Source of the DNA: an uncultured Vicinamibacteraceae bacterium
GTDB taxonomy: Bacteria > Acidobacteriota > Vicinamibacteria > Vicinamibacterales > UBA8438
Assembly (NCBI GenBank): GCA_964624855.1
Contig: CAZUZW010000008.1
Coordinates: 8,993-72,992, forward strand
DNA length: 64,000 nt
Direction of reading: 5' to 3'
Within the stretch, counting starts at the first letter, position 1. Each line of letters starts with the position of its first letter. Shown here piece after piece: positions 29,260-38,691 of this stretch. The notes beneath the pieces are model-generated. The model did not search any database. It was not told where the DNA came from and saw only the letters and a list, made by a program, of their open reading frames with translations. Position numbers and translations under genes: made by a program.

Positions 29260-29673
29260 TTACGGTTCGACTTGAAAGCGGTCAGCGATTCCGTCGGGAA
29301 TCGCAATGGCCTTCATCGGTTCTCCAAGTTTCTTCCTGACACAGATAATAGTTAGACTGCCAGTCGCGATGTGGTTGTCACCTGAGGTTACGGTCGCGCT
29401 GTAGCGAATCGTTTTTGCCGTAATTTCTTTGACAACGAGATCAATCTCGAATTCGTCTTCAAAATACAGAGGACGGTGGAAGTCAAAAGATGCCGAAACA
29501 CGAGGAAATCCAACCTCCTCTTCTTCGCGTGGTGCGATGCTCAGACCCACCTTACGCCAGAGGGCGTGTTCGGCTTCCTCCATATAGCGATAGAACCAGC
29601 TAAAGTGGACAATGCCGGCTGCGTCGGTCTCATAAAATTGGACCCGGCGTTTGAGGCGATAGTGACTCGGCAC
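29260..29673 (-). CDS. 4HBT/YbgC-family acyl-CoA thioesterase
   Basis: RVQFYETDAAGIVHF hotdog-fold motif. Confidence 0.88.
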   Translation of the reverse strand: MPSHYRLKRRVQFYETDAAGIVHFSWFYRYMEEAEHALWRKVGLSIAPREEEEVGFPRVSASFDFHRPLYFEDEFEIDLVVKEITAKTIRYSATVTSGDNHIATGSLTIICVRKKLGEPMKAIAIPDGIADRFQVEP

Positions 29674-29698
29674 GACCTATTGTCGCATGATCAATGCG

Positions 29699-30940
29699 TC
29701 AGACCAGGTTTTGGGTTCTTGTATTGTCCGTTCGGGTTGAGAACTCACTGAGCGCATTAAACAGGGGCTTTAGGTCTGTATAAACATTACCAACCAGTGC
29801 GTCCACGAGTCGGCTCTGCAGTTCGGGATACGTTTTAACGAAGGTGCCGAAGTTAAACGATTCGTTATAGAAGGCGAGGACGAGTTGGCGAAATTGGTCC
29901 AAAGCCCACCTGAACTCACGTTCATAGTTGCTAAACGTTGCACTTGTTACTGCGCCTGTTTCGTCGAGACCTTGATGTATGGCGTCCGCAGCCAGTTCGC
30001 CACTTTTTAACGCTAAGAACAAGCCTGAGGAAAAAACTGGGTCGAGAAATGAATAAGCATCACCAACAAGACAGAATCCGTCGCCAGAGATTTTTTCTGC
30101 CCGGTAACTGAATTCACCCGTGACCCGCATAGGACCTAGATACTGCGCTTGAGCGATATGGTCTTTAATCCATGTGCATGCTTCGGCTTCACGACAGAAG
30201 ATCGACTCCGGGTCTCTACTATCTCGATAAAGATATTCTGAGTCCGCAACGACACCTACACTGACTCTGTCATTGGACAACGGGATGTACCAGAACCACC
30301 CTTTGTTAGGGATATAGGCAACCGTCGTGGCCCCTTCGTCCAGTCCGGGGTCTCGTTTTGCACCAGAGAAATAGGTAAAAATTGCTATCTTATTTAAATC
30401 AGGGTCACGGTGTTTCCAGTCCATTTTTGTGGCCAACAATGTGTCCCGTCCGGTCGCATCAATTACAACTTTGGCATGAAGAGTCTCTGGACCGTCATCT
30501 CCATTCGTTCGTACACCGATTACGCGTCCATTTTCTGTGACGATGTCTCGGACTGTGACACCATGGCGGACCGTGACACCTTTCGCGGTGGCATTGTCTA
30601 GCATCATTTGGTCGAAATCGGTCCTGAGTACCTGCCAGGTAGTTGCACATTCGTGCTTGATAGTCTGGAAGAAATAAAACGGTTGAGACACTTGTCCTTT
30701 GGCCGACACAAACTGCACGGAGTGCTTTTTTGGACAGGCGGCTTTTTCGAACCAGTCAAGCACTCCGAGACGTTCGAATGTAAACCATGTATACGGTATG
30801 AGTGATTCTCCAACGTGATAACGGGGGAAATGGTCACGTTCAAGGAGCATCACCTTGCGGCCATGCTGAGCGAGAACAGTAGCTGCAGTCGCCCCTGCGG
30901 GTCCACCGCCGACGACGATGCCATCATATTCCGTTGCCAT
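29699..30940 (-). CDS. Flavin-dependent halogenase-like oxidoreductase
   Basis: GGGPAG, FPRYHVGES, Lys71/72, WFWYIP, FLDPVFSSG motifs. Confidence 0.8.
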   Translation of the reverse strand: MATEYDGIVVGGGPAGATAATVLAQHGRKVMLLERDHFPRYHVGESLIPYTWFTFERLGVLDWFEKAACPKKHSVQFVSAKGQVSQPFYFFQTIKHECATTWQVLRTDFDQMMLDNATAKGVTVRHGVTVRDIVTENGRVIGVRTNGDDGPETLHAKVVIDATGRDTLLATKMDWKHRDPDLNKIAIFTYFSGAKRDPGLDEGATTVAYIPNKGWFWYIPLSNDRVSVGVVADSEYLYRDSRDPESIFCREAEACTWIKDHIAQAQYLGPMRVTGEFSYRAEKISGDGFCLVGDAYSFLDPVFSSGLFLALKSGELAADAIHQGLDETGAVTSATFSNYEREFRWALDQFRQLVLAFYNESFNFGTFVKTYPELQSRLVDALVGNVYTDLKPLFNALSEFSTRTDNTRTQNLV

Positions 30941-30942
30941 TG

Positions 30943-31521
30943 TTACCGGAACACCAACGGTAGAACCTCAACGATGTCACCAATTTTGGTCTGATTATGA
31001 ATTACTTCTGTGCGTCTACCGTACAAGGCCCGCGCTTCTCGCATCCAAAAAACCCCCATCATTTCGGCGTTCGGTGTGATGCGTAGATAGGATTTCACAC
31101 GGCTTTCATAATTGAATTTCCCATCCCTCAACAGCCGACCCAGTGGAATCTTGTTTCGAAGGATCTTTGACCTCAACTGGTCGCTAAAGACGTCGAGTCG
31201 CATGCGGATGGCACCCATTTCGACCGGGCGACCTGAATACTTTTGTACAAGCAAGACTCTCCTGAAATACGAACGCCCGCTGGTAAAGGTTGATAACGGT
31301 CGCAATGTGACACGGTCCCCAAAGTGGCGTTCTAAGGTCAATGTCATGTCGGTATCGTGGACGAGAAGGGAACGATAGGGTTGCGGAATCTGTTTAGTCG
31401 TGACAACTTTGACTTGGGGCATGTCGACCCCGGCTCGAGTGTAGACAAGGTCGAGCGGATATAAGAGACCATTTTGATTGGGTCTCGATTTGGCTGACGT
31501 TCTAGGAGCTTGTTTCAACAA
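30943..31521 (-). CDS. Chorismate pyruvate-lyase (UbiC/Rv2949c)-like protein
   Basis: LLVHDTDMTLTLE, RRVLL, PLGRLL, YGRR, terminal EVLP pattern; divergent. Confidence 0.55.
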   Translation of the reverse strand: MLKQAPRTSAKSRPNQNGLLYPLDLVYTRAGVDMPQVKVVTTKQIPQPYRSLLVHDTDMTLTLERHFGDRVTLRPLSTFTSGRSYFRRVLLVQKYSGRPVEMGAIRMRLDVFSDQLRSKILRNKIPLGRLLRDGKFNYESRVKSYLRITPNAEMMGVFWMREARALYGRRTEVIHNQTKIGDIVEVLPLVFR

Positions 31522-31554
31522 AAAACCCGTCTGTGTTATTCGTTAAGTGACGTG

Positions 31555-32886
31555 CTACGTGTACCGGATATCTGTGTGTTCTGGCAGAAAGAATTTGGGT
31601 AGCAGGCTATCGACCCGAAGTAAACCATTACGCGTGAGCGATATGCGGTCGCCGTCGACGGTGTTGATATACCCATCCCCGATCAGTGAATCTAGGGTCT
31701 TTGCAAAACGCGTTCCTACGTCGACGTCGTATTTTTGTTGAAAATATGACGGCCGAACCGAACCAAGCTTCAGTTGGAGTACCAGTTCTCGGATAAGACG
31801 TTCGTCTTCGGTCGGTCGGTAGGCGCGATGCAACGGAATCTTGCCTTCGCGGACAGCCGCCGCATACGGCCCCCACGAATCGATATTTTGCATGTGGACG
31901 CCATTGATGTGGCCAAACGAAGCTACACCAAGTCCTGCCAGGTCTGCTCCTTGCCACAGACGGTCGCGGTATACGAATTTGGTGTTCGTAGGGTTCTTAA
32001 CTGCCGTATACGCACTGCCGATCGAGTATCCAGCACTCTCGAATTGCTCAAATGCTTCTGCCACCCAACGCTGTTTTGTTAACCATGTTGCGACACTCTG
32101 TTTGAATTGCCCACGGCCCTCCATTACGTCTGCGCTGATTGTGGTGTTGAATGGCAACTCCATCTGATAGATGGTGATGCTGTCCGGTTCAAGTTTCAGT
32201 GTTTCCGCAATACACCGTTGCCAATTGTCATCAGTCTCACCGAGCATGCCGGCGATGAGGTCGATGTTGATTTGGGGGAATCCAATTGAGCGCGCATAAG
32301 TGTAGGCACGGAAGATTTCCGCAGACCGATGTGCTCGACCATTCAGTTCTAGAATCCCATCATCAAAGTTTTCGACTCCTAGACTGAGTCGGGTCACACC
32401 GAGTTCTCGAATGGCTGCAAGCTTTGATTCGGTTAAGGTGCCAGGTTCGCATTCAAAGGTGATCTCTTCTGCGGTCGACCAGGGGATGACCGCATTCAAG
32501 CGTTTGACAAGACCTTCTAGCTGCCGCACGGAGAGAAATGAAGGCGTGCCACCGCCAAAATAGACAAAGTTGAGTGGACGCCCCTGGAGGGCCGGTTCTT
32601 TGGCGTACAGTTCCCATTCGCGGCCCAATACATCGAGGTAGTCTTGGACTTCGCTAGCATTCTTTTCGGTATAGACCCTGAAATAACAAAAGTGACACCG
32701 CTTGCGACAGAACGGAATGTGCAGGTAGAGTCCGAGCGGAATGTTTGCTGAGGGTCGGGCTAATGCCGGTGCCGCCTCCGTCAGCACGTTGTCAGTGTTC
32801 CAAACCGAGAACGGTGGGTAATTCGCGACAAAATAGCTACCCACCTCGGTTTCTTGGACGGTGGCTGGTTGTCCAGACTCGCTCAT
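31555..32886 (-). CDS. HemN-like (class C) radical SAM enzyme
   Basis: YLHIPFCRKRCHFCYF, FGGGTPS, RLSLGV, NIDLIAG. Lacks the HemN RNFQGY and HemW HNxxYW signatures. Confidence 0.88.
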   Translation of the reverse strand: MSESGQPATVQETEVGSYFVANYPPFSVWNTDNVLTEAAPALARPSANIPLGLYLHIPFCRKRCHFCYFRVYTEKNASEVQDYLDVLGREWELYAKEPALQGRPLNFVYFGGGTPSFLSVRQLEGLVKRLNAVIPWSTAEEITFECEPGTLTESKLAAIRELGVTRLSLGVENFDDGILELNGRAHRSAEIFRAYTYARSIGFPQINIDLIAGMLGETDDNWQRCIAETLKLEPDSITIYQMELPFNTTISADVMEGRGQFKQSVATWLTKQRWVAEAFEQFESAGYSIGSAYTAVKNPTNTKFVYRDRLWQGADLAGLGVASFGHINGVHMQNIDSWGPYAAAVREGKIPLHRAYRPTEDERLIRELVLQLKLGSVRPSYFQQKYDVDVGTRFAKTLDSLIGDGYINTVDGDRISLTRNGLLRVDSLLPKFFLPEHTDIRYT

Positions 32887-32948
32887 ATCATCAACTATAA
32901 CGGAACGAGACCACCGGTGTTGAGTTGAGTTGAATCTACTGCAGGGAA

Positions 32949-34130
32949 CTAGCCGAAGCAGTACAAAACGCCATCTTGAGATCCGATCACGATCTTACCG
33001 TCAGCGATGGCTGGTGAAGCGAAAAGTGGCGCTGCTGTATCGAACTCCCAGAGTTTTTCACCGGTCTTAAGGTCGAGCACATAAAATCGGCCGTCCCCCG
33101 ACCCGACATAGACTCGGTTGCCTGACGCGACAGGCGACGAGTCTACCCGTGCGCCAGTCATAAACGTCCACACTTCCTCGCCAGTTTCTTCATCAATGGC
33201 GTGGATAATGCGGTCGCGTCCGCCGATGATGACTTTGCCATCTATATTCAGGGCTGACGAATAAAACGGAAAGTGTCTGGTGTGATGTTCATATCGCCAG
33301 ATAATCTCTTGGCTTTGAAGGTCAAGTCCGAGCACTTCGTTGTCAAATGTACCAAAGTACACGCGGTTATCGTTTATAACCGGTGACGCAGCGGTGTAGG
33401 CACCGGCCGGGAGGTTGAACACCTCTTGGCCGTCGGAGATGCGAACACCGCGAAAGACTTCGTCGCATCCGCCAAAGTAGGCCACGCCATCGGCAACGGC
33501 CGGCGTAGCGTGGACGTAATTTAGAGTCTCGTATTTCCAGATCAGCGTTCCATCGGTAGCAGATAAGCCATACAGAAAACCGTCGTATGACCCAATGAGT
33601 AAGTGGTCACCGACAACAACTGGGGAGGATTTAATCTCACCCTCTGTTTGAAAGGTCCATGCGCGTTCACCCGTGTTCCTGTGAACGGCGTGTAGCATTC
33701 CGGAAAGATCTCCGACAAATACCAATCCGTGTCCAACAGCAGGTGATGATTCGCCGATTCCTACATCAGTGCTGGCCTGATATCGCCATTGAGGTTCTCC
33801 CGTATCAAGGTCGACCGCAATTAATTCTCCTAAGTAGGTACCGACATAGACTGTGCTATCGACAATCGACGCAGATGAATCGATTGATTCGCCAGCATCA
33901 AAAGTCCAAAGGAGTTCTAATGTGTCTGGTATGGCCGCTGTCGACACACCACTTAGAGCGGGAGTTCCACGAAACTGCGACCATTTGTCTGCTGCTGCCG
34001 ATGAGTTCGTACCAGTCTGAGCGAGAACTAGGGACGGAGAATTGATCGCCAGCGACAAATTGATCACGGTCAACGCAAGGAGTATTTGGAGCACGCACTT
34101 GCTAGCAAATTGTGACAGTCTATTCCTCAC
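32949..34130 (-). CDS. Secreted PQQ-like/BamB-like beta-propeller protein
   Basis: WSQFRG followed by about 8 regular SSP...GxxxW repeats; GTG 34130 preceded by AGGAG. Confidence 0.88.
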   Translation of the reverse strand: MRNRLSQFASKCVLQILLALTVINLSLAINSPSLVLAQTGTNSSAAADKWSQFRGTPALSGVSTAAIPDTLELLWTFDAGESIDSSASIVDSTVYVGTYLGELIAVDLDTGEPQWRYQASTDVGIGESSPAVGHGLVFVGDLSGMLHAVHRNTGERAWTFQTEGEIKSSPVVVGDHLLIGSYDGFLYGLSATDGTLIWKYETLNYVHATPAVADGVAYFGGCDEVFRGVRISDGQEVFNLPAGAYTAASPVINDNRVYFGTFDNEVLGLDLQSQEIIWRYEHHTRHFPFYSSALNIDGKVIIGGRDRIIHAIDEETGEEVWTFMTGARVDSSPVASGNRVYVGSGDGRFYVLDLKTGEKLWEFDTAAPLFASPAIADGKIVIGSQDGVLYCFG

Positions 34131-34138
34131 GAAGACTC

Positions 34139-35290
34139 CTAGTAGGCGCATTCGTATACCTCCAATGCCTCCGAAGTGCTGAATGGCCGAGGGTTGAAAG
34201 TGCCAGTCCATTGCTCAGCTGCTGCACGCGCGAGAGCTTCCAGGTCATTTTTCAGTACACCCGTGTCCCGCAGCCGACTGGGGAAGCCGCAGGCGTTGCC
34301 GATGTTGACCAGTCTATCGGCTAATTGGAGACCGCTATCCATGGTGGTCGTTGTTTCCTTTAGATTATCGCTATTGCTTATCAGTTCTCGATAGAGGTCA
34401 GCACTGGTCTGCGCATTCCAGCGGACCACGTGTGGCAAGACGATCCCAAGCGCAACGCCGTGTGCCATCTGAAATCGAGCGGTCAATGGGTTGGCACAGG
34501 CATGGGCGGCACCAAGCATTGACTGTTCGATTGCAATGCCTGCGTAAAATGCACCCAACTGCATCGCCGCGCGGGCCATCACATCGTGTGGAGTCTCCAA
34601 CACGTTTTCGAAGTGATGGTTCAAGAGACAGAAGGCTTCACGGGAATACATAGCGGATATCGCATTGCGCCTCGTCGTGACGGCCGTTTCGACGGCGTGG
34701 GCGATCGCGTCAAATCCTGCTGCCGCCGTCACCGCTTCTGGTTGTGACAATGTTAGTTCTGGATCAAGTATGGCAACACGAAAAGCTGCTTTCGGGTCGC
34801 CACACGCCATTTTTATCTTTGTTTCAGCATCTGAAATCACGGCGTAACTTTGTGCCTCGGAACCTGTTCCGGCCGTGGTGGGCGCTGCGATCATCGGCAA
34901 CATTGGCTTGGTTGCCTTCCCATAACCACGATAGTCCGCCATCGTTCCGCCGTTACTTAATACAAAATTAATTCCCTTCGCACAGTCTAGCGAGCTACCA
35001 CCGCCTAAACCGATGATCGAGTCAACCTTTTGACTTCTGGCAAATACCGCTCCTTGAGTAACCATCTCTGAATCAGGGTTAACGTCGAATTCGTGAAACG
35101 GAACTGCATCAAGATGCGCGTTACGGAGAAGTGCGACAACCCGCTCGACGTGTCCTGCCTCTTGGAGCCCTTTATCGGCCACGAGTAATGGACGCGTAAA
35201 GCTAAGTTCCTTTGAGATTGTCCCAACCCGATCAATTGACCCGACACCGAAGACGAGACCGGTACGAAGATTGAACTCAAACGATTCCAT
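34139..35290 (-). CDS. Iron-containing alcohol dehydrogenase
   Basis: GGGSSLD, PTTAGTGSE, DAIAHAVE, AHACAN, HG metal ligands. Confidence 0.93.
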   Translation of the reverse strand: MESFEFNLRTGLVFGVGSIDRVGTISKELSFTRPLLVADKGLQEAGHVERVVALLRNAHLDAVPFHEFDVNPDSEMVTQGAVFARSQKVDSIIGLGGGSSLDCAKGINFVLSNGGTMADYRGYGKATKPMLPMIAAPTTAGTGSEAQSYAVISDAETKIKMACGDPKAAFRVAILDPELTLSQPEAVTAAAGFDAIAHAVETAVTTRRNAISAMYSREAFCLLNHHFENVLETPHDVMARAAMQLGAFYAGIAIEQSMLGAAHACANPLTARFQMAHGVALGIVLPHVVRWNAQTSADLYRELISNSDNLKETTTTMDSGLQLADRLVNIGNACGFPSRLRDTGVLKNDLEALARAAAEQWTGTFNPRPFSTSEALEVYECAY

Positions 35291-35304
35291 GGTTTACGTA
35301 TTCG

Positions 35305-38300
35305 TCAGAAGAGCAGTCGGATACCTATCTGCATGCGTCGTGCACTTCCCGCTGACTCGATCTGAGCAAATCTGGGTGAGCCAAGAAAAGCATTCGGAAG
35401 CCCAAGGTTAACGCGGTTGAGGAGATTAAACGCTTCGATCCTGAACTGCAACCGCCCACCAGTCGAAATATTCGCATGCTTTACGAGTGCGAGGTTTATA
35501 TTTGCGAAACTGGGTCCCTCTAGGATGTTACGCCCAGCGTTGCCAAAAGTTCCATATGGTGGGAGTTCAAATGCTTTCGCGTTGAACCAGCCGTTAGCCG
35601 AAGGGTTCTGAATATTTGGGTCGGCAATCAGGTTTGGCCGGTCATTGAATCCAAAACCTAACGCGGCGCGACCGGTGTTGCTATTGTCAAGCTCGGAAAG
35701 AAGAGAGACAGTGAATGGCGACCCACTCTGGACCGTTATGATGCCATTGGCTTGCCAATCACCGAACAGTGCTGCTGCCCAGCCCCGAGTCGCAGATGAT
35801 CGACTAGAGCCGAATGGCAGGTCGTACGAAAAACTCATTGTAAAACGGTGTCGGACATCGAAAGCCGACCGACCGAATTCTGCGCTGGGGTTGTTGCTGT
35901 CTTGTGGGAAGTTTGGATCACCGGTGCTCGAAAAGAAACCGGACGCGTCGTCCTGTGATTCACTAAGCGTATAGGCTACAAGTACTGATCCGTTGGACAT
36001 GCGTTCGTTAAATCGAATTTGAAGTGCGTCATATGTCGACCGTGCCTTTGATTCCACTGACACGATATCTGCGAAGAAAGGGTTAGGGCGTAAATTATAG
36101 GGATTTGGGCTTGGTTGGGCCTGGTTGATATCTCGCCCACGAATTAGGTTTCGACCCCTCGAACCAACGTAGGCAACCTCAAGAGTTCTCCCGCGTCCCA
36201 CCTCCTGTTGCACACCAAAATTCCACTGGTGTATGTAGGGTGTCTGCAGGTCCCTCTGGAAAGTCAGCGCTGATGGAGGGAGTGGAAATGGAAAATTATC
36301 TGGGAAAGGGTCGTTCAGCGTCAGCAAACGTGTGGGAAGAGGAAAAAATAGACGCATGTCAAAATATGGTTGGTTAAAGTAAAGGCCTTCGCCTGGCGCC
36401 AAAGCTGACTGGTTGTAGTAAACGCCATATCCCGTCCGAACTACTGTTCTGCCTTGATTGGTCGACCACGCGGCGCCGAGACGAGGCGCTATGTTGTTCT
36501 TGTCGGTGAGATAACCGCCTCTCGGAACGTTTGCTGTTCCAACTTGAAGCAGCTGTCCCATCTCAGCATCGTAGATATTGGCCCGGTCGTCTGCGTCGAT
36601 CGGTGGCGTGTTGATTTCGTAACGCAGGCCGGCTGACAGAGTGAACTGTGGCGTGATCTCAATTGTGTCATTAATAAAGAAGTTATAACTTTGGGCACGC
36701 AACTGCTGAGGGTTGTCAACTCGAGCAGCGCCTGTCGTGATTGGCAGTCCAAGGAGCATGTCCGCTAGAGCGTTTCCAGTAAATCCAAAATCTGAAAAAC
36801 TCAAGAATCCCCGTGATTGAACGTCACGAAAACCGTCTTGTTTCGTGAACCGGAGGTCGGTGCCAGCCGCGACCATGTGTGCACCTTTGGACCACGTGAC
36901 CGTATCTAAGACTTGAATCGTGGTCAGCTCGGTGTTCTGAGGATTGTTGTATTCGTCCCCGAGAGGAGAGAATCCCGTCACGGTGGTGAAACTGAGTCCC
37001 CACGTTCTTGGGTTGTCCGACAGGTTCTCCAGGCCCACTTTCTGGTTTAAAGATTGGCCGATATTTTCTTGCTCAACTCCGCTCGCGACACGATTAAAAA
37101 CTATCCGAATGTCATTCACCAGATTCGACGAAACGACCTGAGTTTGACTAATCAGTAGGTTTTGACCTCGTCGGGGTGCCGTAGCACCGAAACCTGGAAC
37201 CTCAGCAAAGCCAGCAGCGGAATACGGTTCAAACAGTCTTCGATCGTTGAAGCTGTATCGTGCGCTTAGTTTCGACGAGGCAGTAATATTGTGGTCGATC
37301 TTAACGTCGAAATGGTCGATTGCATCTTCAAGTGTGGGTGACGCAACGAAGTTTTGGAAAGGCACGTCCCTGTTGGGGAATGGATACAAGCTTGCTAATG
37401 CGACCCCAGTGGGATGGAGAAAGTACTGAGGAATTCTGTTTCCAGGAAAGGGCTGTCCTGTAAATAAATTAATCGGCGGTCGGTGGCTATTTGAAAAGTC
37501 ACCTTGACGCTCGGCAGCGGTAGGCACGTTGGTGACCCTAGTGACTCCTTCGGTTAGCCGTGTCGCTTCGTAGTCAACGAAGAAAAAAGTTCGATTCTGT
37601 GCGATAGCTCCGCCGAGAGAAAATCCGGCTTGTGTACGGTTGTAGTCCGGCGCTGGTTCATTTTGTGGGGCAAAGAAATGTCTCGCATTCATTTCCTTGG
37701 TCCGAAAAAATCCGTACGTGGTGCCTGACAAATTATTGGCACCGGATTTTGTAATGACGTTGACTTGCGCGCCGGCGTTGCGACCAAAAGATGCGTCGTA
37801 ACCAGTGGTCAGCACTTTGAACTCAGCAATGGCATCGACGGGTGGGCGAACGGCCGGTGTGTTCAGCTTGGAATCGACGTTATACGCGCCATCCAACAGG
37901 AAACTGTTGGCATCATCTCGACCCCCGCCGGCGGTGAAAGTAAAGTCTCCACGGACAGAACCAGCTGAACCTGGGGCAGCCGGTGCAGTCCCTGGTGCGA
38001 GCAGTGCCAGTTCAAGGAAGTTGCGTCCGTCTAGTGGCAGTACCTGAATTTCACGATTTTCGAGAACTGTTCCGAGACCTGTTGAGATTTGGTCTAGCGC
38101 TAGCGGCGGTGCAGTGACCACAACCTGCTCATTGACGGTTCCAAGTTCGAGTTGAACATCAAGGCGGAGCCGTTGGTTGACTGCTAGCGTTACTTGGCTA
38201 ATGGATAGTTTGTAGCCGACGATTTCTACCTCAAGACGATATGAACCAGGTTCTAACTGTGCGATGTCGTAGACACCGTTTCTGGTGCTGGCCCCAGTGC

Positions 38301-38493
38301 GGCGAGTACCTTTTTCCTCTGAGACTAAGCGATAGGTGGCGTTTGCGACCGACGCGCCAGTCGGGTCTAGAATCGAACCGCGTATCGACCCTAGGTGCGT
38401 TTGGGTCAACGCTGGCGTGTGGTAGTCAAGGCACGTAAGACAAAATGTTACACACAATGTCAGAACGAACCTGGAAGAACGTCTGTGAGCCAT
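35305..38493 (-). CDS. TonB-dependent receptor (Oar-like, carboxypeptidase-regulatory N-domain)
   Basis: GSIRGSILDPTGA, LPLDGRNF, VDAIAEFKV, ITKSG, DKNNIAPRLG, terminal IRLLF. Confidence 0.9.
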   Translation of the reverse strand: MAHRRSSRFVLTLCVTFCLTCLDYHTPALTQTHLGSIRGSILDPTGASVANATYRLVSEEKGTRRTGASTRNGVYDIAQLEPGSYRLEVEIVGYKLSISQVTLAVNQRLRLDVQLELGTVNEQVVVTAPPLALDQISTGLGTVLENREIQVLPLDGRNFLELALLAPGTAPAAPGSAGSVRGDFTFTAGGGRDDANSFLLDGAYNVDSKLNTPAVRPPVDAIAEFKVLTTGYDASFGRNAGAQVNVITKSGANNLSGTTYGFFRTKEMNARHFFAPQNEPAPDYNRTQAGFSLGGAIAQNRTFFFVDYEATRLTEGVTRVTNVPTAAERQGDFSNSHRPPINLFTGQPFPGNRIPQYFLHPTGVALASLYPFPNRDVPFQNFVASPTLEDAIDHFDVKIDHNITASSKLSARYSFNDRRLFEPYSAAGFAEVPGFGATAPRRGQNLLISQTQVVSSNLVNDIRIVFNRVASGVEQENIGQSLNQKVGLENLSDNPRTWGLSFTTVTGFSPLGDEYNNPQNTELTTIQVLDTVTWSKGAHMVAAGTDLRFTKQDGFRDVQSRGFLSFSDFGFTGNALADMLLGLPITTGAARVDNPQQLRAQSYNFFINDTIEITPQFTLSAGLRYEINTPPIDADDRANIYDAEMGQLLQVGTANVPRGGYLTDKNNIAPRLGAAWSTNQGRTVVRTGYGVYYNQSALAPGEGLYFNQPYFDMRLFFPLPTRLLTLNDPFPDNFPFPLPPSALTFQRDLQTPYIHQWNFGVQQEVGRGRTLEVAYVGSRGRNLIRGRDINQAQPSPNPYNLRPNPFFADIVSVESKARSTYDALQIRFNERMSNGSVLVAYTLSESQDDASGFFSSTGDPNFPQDSNNPSAEFGRSAFDVRHRFTMSFSYDLPFGSSRSSATRGWAAALFGDWQANGIITVQSGSPFTVSLLSELDNSNTGRAALGFGFNDRPNLIADPNIQNPSANGWFNAKAFELPPYGTFGNAGRNILEGPSFANINLALVKHANISTGGRLQFRIEAFNLLNRVNLGLPNAFLGSPRFAQIESAGSARRMQIGIRLLF

Positions 38494-38691
38494 GAGCTAC
38501 CTCAACTACTCCACATTCACCAATGGAACCATTGGAAGGACAGTCTGAACTTATCGTATCAGCTTGACAAAATATCGTTTTGAGAAATGAGGGCGTTTTG
38601 CCCTCGAACATCTACGAGAAGTCTTATTTCTATAGGTCGGTAACGGGGTCATTAGTGCAAATTTTGTTTGGGGGTATTTGTATGCCCCCTG

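Noticed and set aside
38426-38611. 61-aa ORF with four Cys upstream of the TonB receptor, as a possible RiPP precursor for the radical SAM enzyme
   Set aside because: Overlaps the receptor start out of frame and has no RBS; the rSAM enzyme has no SPASM/RRE features.
38670-38689. GGGGGTAT-TTGT-ATGCCCCC hairpin just after the topoisomerase B stop
   Set aside because: On the coding (minus) strand it has a mismatch and is followed by A's, not a U-tract; not supportable as an intrinsic terminator.
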